A stretch of DNA of 64,000 nucleotides from Vicugna vicugna (Eukaryota), in NCBI GenBank assembly GCA_013265495.1, contig MU058241.1, forward strand, positions 248,001-312,000. Direction: 5' to 3'. Numbering within the stretch: the first letter of the stretch is position 1; each line of letters starts with the position of its first letter. Shown here piece after piece: positions 23,201-35,510 of this stretch. A program made the position numbers and the translations under genes. The notes beneath the pieces were generated by a model. It had not been told where the DNA came from, ran no database searches, and saw only the letters and a list, made by a program, of their open reading frames with translations.

Positions 23201-25815
23201 TTTTAAAAATCCTCAAGTAATTGAAAGAAGCCAGATGAAATGTATTGGGGGAAAATGCCAGGTTTGCTATTGTGTTTAAAAATAGAGCATGTTTAGGGAG
23301 TGTTCATTGAACAGAGAAGTTCATGAGAAAAGGCCCTGAGGAGTTTAATTGTGGCCGGACACTGACTATGACAGGCTTTCATGTGGGCAGATCCGCAGGT
23401 CACCCCCTCACCTTATCAAGCCGTTCCTGGAGGGTTGTGGAGTCAACTTCAAAGTCACTACCCAGCTAAGAAATGTTAGGGGTAACGGATGTTGCCGGAA
23501 GGAAACTGGGCGTATTGTGTCCTCTGGAGGACAGCTGAATGTACTGGGGCTTTTATCCTGAAGAATATTTAGCAGGAGGCGTGACAGATATTGTCCATGA
23601 TTTGAAAGTTGGCATTTGGCGGTGAGAGGAGATGGATTCCTTCTGCTTCAGAAGGCGCAACTGGGAGTTCTGCTTGAAACCTTCGTGGACACGGTCTTTG
23701 GATTCAGCCTCAGGGCACTTCCTAACAACAAGCTGCGTCTCTCAGTAGAATGGACTGTGCTGTGGGTTGGAATGACCACCCAGGTGGCTAAGCCAAACGC
23801 AAGAAAAGAAGGAGTATAGATTCCTGTTTTGACTGGGCTGTTGGGCCAGAAAACCTTTAAGATATCTCTCAATTTTAAGATTCAGTTGATCTGTCAATGC
23901 TAAATTAACATGTAGAATTTTTATGATATAGTCAAAATCTCAAAGGGTAATGAAGTGTTTATGATGAAACGACACAGTCCACGTGCCCTCCTTTCCTGTT
24001 CAGAAGCTTTTGCTACTTCGTGATTACTCCGTATCTAAAACAGTATTTTTAGAATCCTTATTCTAGATATTACAGGTAGACACTGTCCGCTGGCTTCTTG
24101 CTCTGAGGGTCGATAATATACTTTACTTCTGGTCCTGCTCACTGCTTCTTGTTCATCTTTCCTGTACATATTTATCAGCTTGTTTTGTTAGTTATGTAGT
24201 GCTGCATAACAAGTTACCAAAGACGCAGACCTTTGAGAAGCTTGCATTTATTAAGGATTCCTCCTGGCAGACCCGAATCCAATTTTGACACTACACTATG
24301 TAGTTTCTTTTTTAGTAGTTCTGGGCTGGGGCCAGAAAATATACTTTTACACCAAGTTCCCAGAAGATGCTCTAATTCGAATAGCAGGGCCTCATCATAA
24401 AGAGGAGGCCACAGAGGGATGTCCACAGGCGAATGAGAAGAGCAGTTTTTAAGGTTTGTAAATGTAGTCGCTTCGTTGGATGAGTTGATTTCAGCATGAT
24501 GCAGTTAGAATCCAACTTTATTTCTCTCTGGTTCCTGCCCTGAATTTCTCACCCACTCCTGGTCACCCCACAGCTGTTGCACTGAGCAGACATAAATCAG
24601 GTGTTAGCATCTGGCGGCAAAACTGCTGTCTCTCACCCAAGTGAACATGTCCTCTCCAGCCCCACAGGCTCAGCCCCGGCAGTGGGGAGGGAGCCAGCCA
24701 TTGGGGAGGGTCCCCTGTTATGTTGTCCCACCTTTACTTCCCACGCAGCGTCTGTCCTTGCCTTCTTGGTCCTTGTCACATCCCTAGGCTGTTCTCTCGA
24801 GGGTGCTGTGTCCATGTTTTGTCCTCTAAGATCTCACTTATCCTCCTGCCTCAGCTTCTTTGCTCCTTAAGACAAATGTCCCAGTGGCTCACCTGGGACA
24901 TCCTTTCTGGGTTCTTATGAGTAGGTGCTGTGTTTCCTGGATCCTTTTTCTTTTTCCTCCTTGGTTTACTGACACATCCCTTCCTAACTAGGGTTGCATG
25001 GGACGTATGGTATGTTCTTATACATCTGAGCATTTCTTTATTCTGTTTTCACACCTCATTACCGATTTGACTGCATGGAATTGTTTTCCCCTAAATCAGA
25101 ACTTTGAAGATACTGCTCCTTGTACTTAACATGCCATATTAGATCATCACTTCTGGCATTTCTCAGAGATGTGCTGGGTGGAGATCATTTACGTGTCTCT
25201 TCAGTGCCTCATGAGCCCCTTTGGATGCACTTGCTCCTTCAGTTCTGGGAAACTTAAAAAAATGTATTTCTTTGAAAACATCCTTTTCTGTTTCCTGTTA
25301 TTGACTAGGAACTCCTATTAGCTTCATCTTCTGGACTCATCTTATCATTTTGGCTCTCATGTTCTTAATTTCCCAGTGTCGTCTTATTTTCTGATTTTAC
25401 AAATTTTCTTTCTTATTGGCAGGATTCTGATTTTTGTTTTGAGTGAAATGTCTTCTTAAATGTGTCTGAGCATGTTAAGTGTATTATTTTTCTCTTTATT
25501 CCTCCCTCCTCATTTATCTTCATTTCTGTTGTGTTCAGTTTTTCTCTTTATCTTAGTGTTTCTCTTTTATAATCCAGGCTTTCCTCAAATGCCCCCTGAT
25601 TCTTGCTCAACCTATTATGCAATAGAGAGGAGTCCGAGGGCCCCCTGCGCGTGGAAGGGACTCGTTGGCTGGCAGGTTTCAGTGTGGGTTGGCAGGTGTT
25701 CCAGCGCTGGAATTTTGATACTGAGCGTAGCTGACAGAGTTCTTTATTCAGTTTTGTGGAAAGCATACTCTCCCCTCAGGAAAGGATATGTTTGCTGCAT
25801 GCTTCTCTGCTTGTA

Positions 25816-25940
25816 GTGTGTGTGTGTGTGTGTGTTTGTGTGTGTTTGTGTGACAGAGTGAGTGTGTACACGAATGTGTGTGCATGCATACGTCAGGGTG
25901 TGTGTGAGGGAATGTGTGTGCACGTGCATGTGTGTGTGTG
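25816..25940. repeat. Degenerate (TG)n microsatellite
   Basis: Interrupted GT dinucleotide tract. Confidence 0.9.
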
Positions 25941-27382
25941 CTTACTCCCCTGTTGTGTCTGCAGACCTGCACTCCGTCCTGGGTTTGCTGCCATTCCCTC
26001 CTTTCCTCCTTGGATCTTGTCTTGTTCTGTAGCGTCCTTGTTGGGACTCTCTTCCATGCTGTGACACACGGCTGGTCTGTCTCCTGTGTCATCGTGCATC
26101 TACAGATCTTCTGGGCTGCAGTTTGCTCTGCTCAGCTGTGTAGTTGAATATTTCTCCATTTGCTCTCTGTCTTTAGACCAGTGGTTCTAAAGCAGGGCGA
26201 TGGTGCCCCCAGGGGATACCTGACAATGTCTGGAGAGATGTTCTAAGTCTCCTTTCCTGAAATGGAAGCCTGAGAGCGATATTGTTAATTATTCCTGTTT
26301 ATATTTCTACGAACAGGGATCAAGTTCCCTGAGGTTACAAATAATTTAATAGCTCTGTCGTTAAATATATTTAGTGAACCAGACAGGATTTTGTAAATTC
26401 CTGTTTTCTGCTCCTAATTTTTATCCTCATTCGCATTTTTTTCTTCACATATTGTAAGGTGGGACTTTTTGTGTATATCAGTATGGAAAATGCAGAGCTC
26501 AGTGTGTCACATAGAAGACTCCATTGAAATGCATCCCACCCATAACATCCAAGAAAAGAATATTTATTTGTAAAAATGTATAGTTAATTCCAAATAACTT
26601 TTTGCAAATCTTTTTTTCTCCATTTTTACAAAGACATTGGGATATTACCTCAAAGCATTTATAATTAGAGACATATGACCTCCAGTTTCCTTTTTTTATT
26701 TAACTGCCAAGGCAATTTTTTTTTCATTCCACATCCTGCACAGAGGTAAATATAGCCCTGCATTTGTACACCAGCCTGTCACTGCCCTGTACGTTCAGGG
26801 CTCCAGACTTGACAAATGACGGCAAAGTGGAGTTCTGAGCGCTTCCTTGTTGTAGTTGCTGAGAGGGAAATTCCCTCCCTGGTGTCTCCTGTTTGGAAAA
26901 TCTGTTTCATGTTTCTCTGGCATTTGGCGAGATAACATAATAAGATGGCAGGAGGCAGGAAAAATATGCTGCAATAAAAATGTCCTAAAGAGACAGTTAG
27001 TTCTATTCATTGCTTTACAGAAGAGGGCTGAAGGCAGGAAGAAAAGTTAAAATTGATGCCGACAAGGAAGGTCAGAGGGGTCTGCGAGAGTGGTTTAGTT
27101 ACCGCTGTCTGAATTTGGTGCTGTGTGCAGGAAGGCATTTGAACACAGGGGAAGGCGTCCAGGCTAGAGGGTGTGTTCCTCCAGCAGGTCAATTACTTTA
27201 TTTCTGCTTCTCAGTCAGAGGAGTGGAGCTGAGGCCCCAGTCTGTTGGCTCTAGTGTCAGTTGTCGGAGAAATCTTGTCTTGTGACAGTTGTCGGATGCC
27301 TCCACACGAGCTCATCCCTAGAGCAGGGGTGCAAAGCAGGTGTTCACTCTGATAAAAAGTCCCACTACTGACAGGCATAAAT

Positions 27383-27573
27383 TATTTTTTCCAGCTGTAT
27401 TGAGATGTAATTGACATAATATTGTGTGAGTCTAAGATGTACAAACTTAAATTGATTGGATACACATGTACTGCAGGTGGTGTGACTGTCATTGTGGGTT
27501 AGCTGACACCTCCATCATGTCACATACTGACCACTTCTCTTTGGTGGTGAGAATGTTTAAGATTTTCTCTCTT
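27383..27573 (-). mobile_element. L1MA9-like 3' terminus
   Basis: TTTTTTCCAGCTGTATTGAGATGTAATTGACA..TGGTGAGAATGTTTAAGATTTTCTCTCTTA. Confidence 0.75.
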
Positions 27574-27575
27574 AT

Positions 27576-28160
27576 AGGGAACCCTCATAGACTGTTGGTG
27601 GGAATGTAAATTGTTGTAGCCACTGTGGAAAACAGTACAGAGTTTCCTCAGAAAAACTAAAAATAGAACTACCTACCATATGACCCAACAATTCCACTCC
27701 TAGTTATATGTCTGAAAGGAACAAAAACATTAATTTGAAAAGATACATGCACGCTAGTATTCATAGAAGCATTATTTACAATAACCAAAATATGGAAGCG
27801 ACCTAAGTGTCCATCAGCAGATGAATGAATAAAGAAGAAGTAGTGTATATATACAATGGAATATTACTCAGCCATAAAAGAATGAATTTTTACCATTTGC
27901 AGCAACATAGATGGACTTGGAAGACATTATGCTCAGTGAAAAAAGTCAGGCAGGGAAGGACAAATACTGTATATCACTTATACGTGGAATCTAAAAGCTA
28001 TAACAAACTAGTGAATAAAACAAAAAAGAAGGAGACCGAGAGATCTAGAGAACAAACTAGTGGTTACCAGTGGGAGAGGGAAGAGGGAGGGGCAGATAGG
28101 AGTTGGAGATTTTAAAAAGGATTATTATAGGAATATATGAAATCATATGTGTAAAACCTC
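27576..28160 (+). mobile_element. L1 ORF2 end and 3' UTR fragment
   Basis: AGGGAACCCTCATAGACTGTTGGTGGGAATGTAAATTG..CCATATGACCCAACAATTCCACTCCT..CCTAAGTGTCCATCAGCAGATGAATG. Confidence 0.85.
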
Positions 28161-28698
28161 GGCAGGTTTGTAAGTCAAAGGCAGTGAGTGCTTTGGAAGG
28201 AGATGATGTCTTCAGGGGGAATACCTTCACTACTGTCAGTAGAAAAGGGCACAGAAAAATACAGAGCAACGGAGCACCTTGATTTCCCCATTTTCTGAGA
28301 TTACCTGTGATTTTTATTTTTTCAGTTCTGAAAGAAGCCTCTTCCCTTCCTCAGATACGTAGGCCTAGTAATGTAAGGGTGGTATGAAGACTGTGTGGCT
28401 TACATTTCTTGGAGGGTGAGCCTGAGATAAAGGCTTATGTAGGTGCTTTACTAGGGGGAGTGACTCCCATGGGCAGAAGCCAGGGTCAAGCTGGGTCAGG
28501 CAGGAACCGAGGGAGGGATGCTGATGCAAGAATGGTGTATCACGTTGGCCAGCGCCGCTGGGAACAAGTTGCTTCCTTCACTGAGACTGTCTGTGAAGTC
28601 ATAGGGGATGTTTTCCAGGACTGTCCAGCCAGGGCCACAAAAGCATTTGTAATGGCTCCAAATCCCCTGTCAAACCACTTGCCCTCATAGGGCGACCT

Positions 28699-28746
28699 CT
28701 TTCCTGCACCTCTGGGTCACGCTTTCCTGCATCTCTGGGTCACGCT
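28699..28746. repeat. 23-bp tandem duplication
   Basis: CTTTCCTGCA(C/T)CTCTGGGTCACG x2. Confidence 0.85.
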
Positions 28747-29364
28747 GTGCGGGCTGTGAGCTGATTCCCAAACTGTCTCGTACCTCGGCCTCAACAGAGA
28801 AGCCCTTAGAGAGACGGCAGGTGGTGGAGTTGGGGGGACGACGCCACGTGGGGCAGAGGGAGGGCAGAGAGGAGCTGCATGGAGCTGGTCAGAGCCTGTG
28901 CAGAGCTGGCTGTTGCAGCTGTGGCTGGCCTGGGAGATTGGCAAGGCCAAGAGCATCTGAAATTGGGCATAAGAGGCATCCTGTCCCAGGACACAAGGGC
29001 TCAAGTGTATGGGCCACCCGGGGAGCTGAGGCTCTCGGATCAGGCATGATTTTAATAATCAAGCAGGAATATTAAGGGCAACACTGCAGCCAACAATAAG
29101 TATTAGTTCTTTCACGGTTACAGGAAAAGCCTTGTATGACCCTATCTTGCTGCGTTTAAGAATAATTGATATCTTTGTTTTCTAGTACGTGCTCTAGTAA
29201 TTATAAAAACCAGGTGTTAGTATTTCCAGAATGGTCCTCTCCATGCTGTGCATAAGGGACAGATTCTCCCTGTCACTGTGAGATTAGGAGTGGACACTAG
29301 GCTGATGTGGTCCTACTGAGGGACCCACCCATAGGCTTGTGCTGTGTTCTGTGGAAAATCAAAA

Positions 29365-29720
29365 AAATTTTTTTTACGTTTTTTTTTTTAGGGAGGTGGG
29401 TAATTAGGTTTGTTTGTTTATTTATTTAATTGAAGTATAGTCAGTTATGATGTGTCAGTTTCTGGTGTACAGCATAATGTTTCTGTCATACATACACATA
29501 CATATATTTGTTTTCATATTCTTTTTCATTATAGGTTACTACAAGATATGGAATATAGTTCCTTGTGCTATACAGAACAAATCTGCTTTTTTTATCTGTT
29601 GTATATGTAATAGTTAATATTGTTTTTGCTTTTTTTTTAAATGGAGGTACTGGGGATTGAACCCAAAACCTCATGTGTGCTAAGCACATACTCTACCACT
29701 GTGCTATATACCCTTCCCCC
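29365..29720 (-). mobile_element. vic-1-like SINE split by a nested L1 3' fragment (~29425-29620, minus strand)
   Basis: Antisense SINE head TGGAGGTACTGGGGATTGAACCC..CTCTACCACTGTGCTATATACCCTTCCCCC (29642-29720); antisense SINE 3' part GGGAGGTGGGTAATTAGGTTTGTTTG (~29390-29420); L1 3' UTR sequence in between. Confidence 0.82.
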
Positions 29721-30509
29721 GGCACATTCAGTTTTACATGTTAAAAAGTGCTAGAGCATTTGCCCACCCCTCATTTTAATATTTTTAAATTATGAAATAA
29801 ATACACATGTAAAATTGCAAGAGACCATTTCAAGACTAAAGCCCCCAAACCCCGGAGGCTAGGGGCTTTTAGAACTCAGATTTTAGAAAGGTGAAATATG
29901 GGCATAAGCCATTGGGAATCCCACACCAGCAGCAGGGCCTGGGGAAGCACACCAGTACTAAACACATTCAGGGCTCTGCAATGAAGTGTACAAATACTCA
30001 CACCAACACAGCCAATAAAGACTATCATAGCTTCCCTCATTTCATTTTAGGTTTTTGCCACCATGTAAGTTTTATTTTTTTTTTTCCGCCATGTAAGTTT
30101 TGGTGCGAAAATTAAGAACAGACTTTTCAGAATTGCAGGTACTGTGGAACTGTATAGTAAACCCCTATACCCAGCTGAAAGAATGAACAAATGTCAACAT
30201 TCTGACATATTTGCATAAGATTAAAAACCTTTCTGGTTCAATTCCCCATCTTGCTTCCCCTGAGTTACCCTAAGGATTATGTGTGAATTCCCAAGTGTGT
30301 TTGACACCTTATATGTGTAAACCAAAACAGTATCTATTTTACAGAAATGCTAGAGATATTTTTGTGATTTACTTATGCTCATCTAAAAATAGATTGAGGT
30401 CTATCCACATGGACACCTGTCATTTTAACTTATTTATACTATCACACAGCATGCTATTGCATAAGTACTTGAAAATTTTATTTATCCTACTTGGTAGAAA
30501 CTGAGGAAG

Positions 30510-30900
30510 GTCTGAAGGTTGACCCTACTTTCATGCTAACAGTTTAGCTGCCTCAGGTTCACAGGTGCTGATGGGAACACGAGACTCCCGGGTCAGAGAC
30601 AGAGGCTTTACAGGCACCACGAGCTTTGCGTCTGCACCAGCTCTCCTCACCGCTTGAGCTCCTTGGGGGCGACCCAGAGGGATCTGAGTGGATGCTGCAC
30701 GTGCAGTGGGTCTGTGTCACAGCTGAGGGGCCCGGGCCTTAGGAAACCCAAATCTTTTAGCATGGACAGGAAGAATTCTGCCGAAATGTTGTTCCAGAGG
30801 GAGACATGACCTCTGTCTTCTGAGACCGTTCACTGTACGGACAGCCTGGAGAAGACAGACCAGAACAGAAGCCATCAGGGTGTCTGCTGGCAGGGCATGC
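30510..30900. mobile_element. Probable ERV LTR remnant
   Basis: LTR-like phrase GAGACTCCCGGGTCAGAGACAGAGGCTTTA and an abrupt GC-rich insertion into an old L1. Family not resolved. Confidence 0.4.
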
Positions 30901-31164
30901 AGAAATTTGAAGGAGACTCCCAGACATTTGTCCCCCATTCCAGTTTCTTACTGACACAGTTTTACTTTGTCTGCAGTTTTCTTTGTTACGGAGAGCATTT
31001 AACGAGCATATTTGGTGTGTGCTTCCTCGCAAGAGTCTGTGATGTCCACCCAGGAGTGGACGTTCCGAGCTCTGTGTGTGCACACCTCCATTAGATGTCG
31101 CCAGCTTTCCTCCAAGGCAGTTGTAGCATGTGGTCTTCCTGCCAATGCTGTATGGAAAGTCCGT

Positions 31165-31755
31165 TGCTCATAATTGCCACAAATTCACAGCAACCTGTTG
31201 CCCTTCAGTAGGTGAGCAGATAAATAAAACTGGTTGATCCACATGGAGGAGTATTACTGAGCAACATACAGACATGAGCCATGAAGCTGCGAACATACAT
31301 GGAGGCAGCTTATGTGCATGTTGCTAAATGAAAGAAGCCCATCTGAAAAGACTGTATGACCCCAACTCTGTGACATCCTGGAGAAGGCAGAACTATAGAG
31401 ACATTAAAAGATCAGTGGTTGCCAGGGACTTGAGGGGAGGGCAGGTTGAATCGGTGGAGACAAGGGCTTTTCAGGGCAGTGACACTAGTCTGTACAATAC
31501 TGTGATGGTAGATTCGTGACATTATACATTTGTCAAAACTCATAAAATGTACAGCACAAAGAATGAACTCTAATGCAAACTATGAAATTCATTTAGCAAT
31601 AATGTATTATTATTTGTTTCAACAGTTGTAACAAGAGTACCACGCTAATGCAGGATGTTAATTGTGGAATTGATTTAGTCCAGGGAAATTCTCTTTGCTT
31701 TCTGAAATTTTTCTCTTAATGTAAAACTGCTCTAAAATAATCTATTAGAAAAAAA
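31165..31755 (+). mobile_element. Old L1 (L1MC/MD-type) 3' UTR
   Basis: TTGCTAAATGAAAGAAGCCCATCTGAAAAG..GATCAGTGGTTGCCAGGG..GACATTATACATTTGTCAAAACTCATA..GTAAAACTGCTCTAAAATAATCTATT. Confidence 0.8.
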
Positions 31756-32394
31756 GCCACTTCTCCCATCCTTGCCAGCACTTTGTGTGCAATGTCTTCA
31801 CAAGATTGCAGCTGGAGGCAGGGGACTGTCGCCACCTAATTCCCAGCGTGTCACAACCACAGGACTTGGTTTACACATGAGCACAGCTTCAGACCCTCTG
31901 CCCTCAGTGGACAGGGAGGAGGCTGCTGACATTTCGGGAGGGAAGAGGCGACCTGGTGACACTGGGCGAGCTGCACAAAGGCTCCTGTGAGTCCCTGAGA
32001 GCTTCCCCTCCGGCGGTTCCCTGAGGCCTGCTCACACCTCTGCACAGGCTCCCCTCATCCATTACACCCTCCACAGTTACCCCTTCAAGTGCCATCTCTG
32101 TCCCTGACTAGAACTCCCCCCGCCCCCTGGCCCCTTCAGTCTGGTTTGTGCTACATGACATCATGATGCCTTTAAATGATGTCACCTGCCTTTAACGTGG
32201 AGCAGAGGAGTAGAACTAGTTATCGTGGTGGAGGAGAACTGTTTATGAAGGTAAGAAGGAATCCAGGGAGGTGTGGCCTCAGAACCCCGGGTGAAAGAGA
32301 GACAGATGCTGGGGGCTTTGGCAGCTCCGGTAAAGAGGTGATGTGGGTGATCAGAGTAGGTGTCCAAAAACATCAAGCCCCAGCCTGTTGTAGC

Positions 32395-32570
32395 CTCTCC
32401 ACTGTCAGGCACTGTTGCAAGTGGTTTACGTGTTTTACGTCCTTGAATCCCCGTAAGAAAATAGACACTGCTGTGCCCCTTTCAGGGGAGCAGAAGACCA
32501 GAGAGGCTGTGTTGCTTGCCCAGGATCACACAGCTAGTAAGCAGTAGAGCAGGGCTGTTAAACTGCTCTT
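32395..32570 (-). mobile_element. MIR SINE fragment
   Basis: GTCAGGCACTGTTGCAAGTGGTTTAC..GCTTGCCCAGGATCACACAGCTAGTAAGCAGTAGAGCAGGG. Confidence 0.7.
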
Positions 32571-35127
32571 CTTTGTTAGGGTGTGTCAGTGCGCACGTTG
32601 AGCAAGATTAAACTTCTCAGAAGAAAATGTCTAGTATTAATTGAGTGTATTTCTTTAATAAGAAAAGACATTAGGGAATGGTAGGGCAGAATGGCAGTTT
32701 AAGGATGAGAACAAGAAAAGGAGGAATTTGCATAAAAAATAAGTTTATCATCTCTGGTGCATTCCTCAGTCTGCTTTATACAGTGTCTTTGGAAGTCGAG
32801 CGGGAACTTGAACTTATAAAAATAAAAGCTTGTAGAGTTTAACTAGGGTGAAGATTTTTTTGTTGTTGTTGTTGACCTACTGGGTCTTCACTTGGGGAGA
32901 ATGGCCACATTCCTTCTGCTCTGCTTCTCAGAATCTGAGTCCCACGGAGACCTTGTTTCCCCCAGTACCACTTTACTGGAGTAGGTGATGTCTGTACACT
33001 AAAACCTAAAAATACGAACCAGGAGAACTCGAGGTTTAACAAGTTCTCCATTCCCTTCCTGTTCCTGCTTGCAGCCGGTCTTAGAGAATGGCATTTGTGG
33101 CCTCTGTCAGGGGAATGTGGGATTTGCCGGTGCTGAGCTTTGGATGAATGGAGGGGCAGGAGGGCCACAGAGGTGACCAGGCTGGTCTTGTGAATTTCCA
33201 CAGGAGGGATACAGCCTTCCTAGAATGCCCAGGTCATTAACAGTGACTTTGCTTGCTTCACCCTGGTCGGGGGAGAGGTTGGCTGTCAGGAGAACCTTGA
33301 ATTCTTTTTCTTTACTTTTCTGGTGTGATTTGACATCTGCGCCAAAGGAAGCGATGTGGGAAAGAAAACAGCACAAAGTCCTGCACGGATTTTCTGCGGT
33401 CGTTGAGTGTCGTGCAGCTTCTCAGCGCCCACAAGTCTTGTCTTTGTGGAAGGGTCGTTCCCTACCGTGACGCCCTTGGTTTAGGGTCACTGAGAGTGTG
33501 ACGCACAAGCTGATGAGTCAGGAGAGGCTGTGTTCTCAACCCTGAGAAGATTTTCTGAGGGAAAACTCAGTACTTGAGTGTGTGTATGTGCATGTGTGTG
33601 CGTGTGGGTAGAAAAAGCCAATTTGTTCTTCAGATTTTCTATTTTACAAGCAAACACTAGATATGAACAAAAACGGTATATATTATATATCTATGTATAT
33701 ATCTCTATCTGTCTACCTAGCTAAATCTGTATGTAATTGCGGGGATGGTTTTATAAGCCAAAAAGCCCTTGAGAATATCAACTATGAAAAATAAGTGAAT
33801 ATAACCGTCTTTGAAATTAGGCTTTCTTAAATTTGATTAACTGCTTTCTAAAACTGTACTCTGTGTTACGGCTACATCAGATAAGCTCTTTTACAATGTA
33901 TCTGAGCTTATAGAGCATCAGTCAGATTGTAGACCGCTTGAGCATGTGGGTAGATGGGAGTGGAATTTAAACCATTTCCCTTGAACAACGGGCAGAGAAA
34001 TCAAAACTAGTTAACCATGACCTTGGCCAGCGTTCAAATATGTTAGCCTAGGGAAGATTTCTTGATGTTTTCCTCCTGTGATTAACTTCTTAGTGTAGTC
34101 TATCACCATTCATTTTCTATTATAGCAGCCTTTATTTATCTATAAGAACATTTTCACATAAATTTTATTTCTGCCAAGGATGATAAAGAGGAACCTTGGA
34201 TGAAATGAAGTTCATGTGAGTTAGAGCCTCTGAAAAGTGGAACCAATTTTCCTTTGCTACCAAATGTCTGGTAATAAGTTCAGGACTTTAAAAACTGTAA
34301 TAACTTTCTCAGGTCAAGAAAGGTAGTAAATCTAGTGAAAATCAGATTAAAGGTACTGGGCCAGGCATACTTGAAGGTCAAAAGATGGCTGATGAAGTAG
34401 CTACAGTGGCTGAACCCACATGGTGTTTGGGGACCTAAGAATGTACATATTAGGGTGAATAACTGAGAGGAAATGCAGTATTACAACACAGCAGGTAACT
34501 GGGAATCTAAATTAATGTCATCTGGGTAAGGTTCAGCTTAAACATGTGAGAAAATACAATGCAATGGAATAAAACTCCAAAAAGGGCAAAAATGGAAATT
34601 CCTCACCTACCTAAGAAAATGTATGCTGAAGAAGGGCAAATCAATTTGGAGAAAGCAACGGATGAATAAAATAAATGCAAATCTGTAAAACATTTTAACT
34701 GAAATATGAATATGGATGGTAAATAAACATCTTTTTTTTTTCCTGAAAAGTGATTCAAAAGAAATCTTTCTGATAGGTCAGTTATGCATAAATGATAGAA
34801 GATACTGATGCCCAGTGAGTCCTCTTGTGCCCCTGAAGTTTCCAGTCAGGAAGAATCACTTTGGGGCAGAGATAGGGTGTGGCTGAAAGATGGGCTTTGT
34901 GCTTTATAGAAATTTCAGGGGCTTGAAAAAGGTAGAAACATCACAGGGCTGTTGAAGACAGGGGAGGGGCATTACAGGTGAGGAAAGTGGTGAGAGACAA
35001 GAGCTGGGTACAGGGAGGGTCTGAATAATCCAATGTGAAGTTTCTCCAAGGCTCTTCTCTGGAAGCTGGAGAGGAATCTGGTAAAGAGCAGAAAGTAGAG
35101 GACACAGGGACTCTTTCAAAGTGCTTC

Positions 35128-35510
35128 TGTTATCCACTGCTGTGTAACAAACTTCCCTTGAATGTAGGGGCTTTGTGTCAGGTTTCTGTTTGTCAGAAAG
35201 CTGGTCGTGACTTTACTGGTCCTCTGTTTCAGGCTCTTTCACAGGTGATGAGCGTGCCTTGTCATCTCCACGCTTGGCTGCAGAAGGGTCAGCTCCCGGC
35301 TCTGTCACGTGGCTGTTGAAGGATTCATTTTCTTTCACGCTTACAGAATTGAGGGCCTCAGTAACTTGCTGGCTGCTGTTGGAGGTGACTTCCAGTTCCT
35401 CATGATGCGGGCTTCTCCCCAGGGCAGCCCTGCACCCAACAGCTTGCTTCACCAGAGTGAGCAGATGGTGATGTCACTTCTGAAACTAGGTTATAAAAGT
35501 CTGTGACTAA
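35128..35510 (-). mobile_element. MLT1 LTR remnant
   Basis: TATCCACTGCTGTGTAACAAACTTCCC..GCTGTTGAAGGATTCATTTTCTT..GAGGGCCTCAGTAACTTGCTGGCTG (antisense MLT1). Confidence 0.65.

Noticed and set aside
27383..28160. Twin-primed inverted L1 (adjacent opposite-strand L1 pieces)
   Set aside because: The two pieces appear to have different 3'-UTR types and I found no shared TSD; more likely independent insertions.
29838..29870. Hairpin AAAGCCCC..GGGGCTTT followed by Ts, resembling a rho-independent terminator
   Set aside because: An 8-bp stem is expected by chance in 64 kb, and bacterial terminators are irrelevant here.
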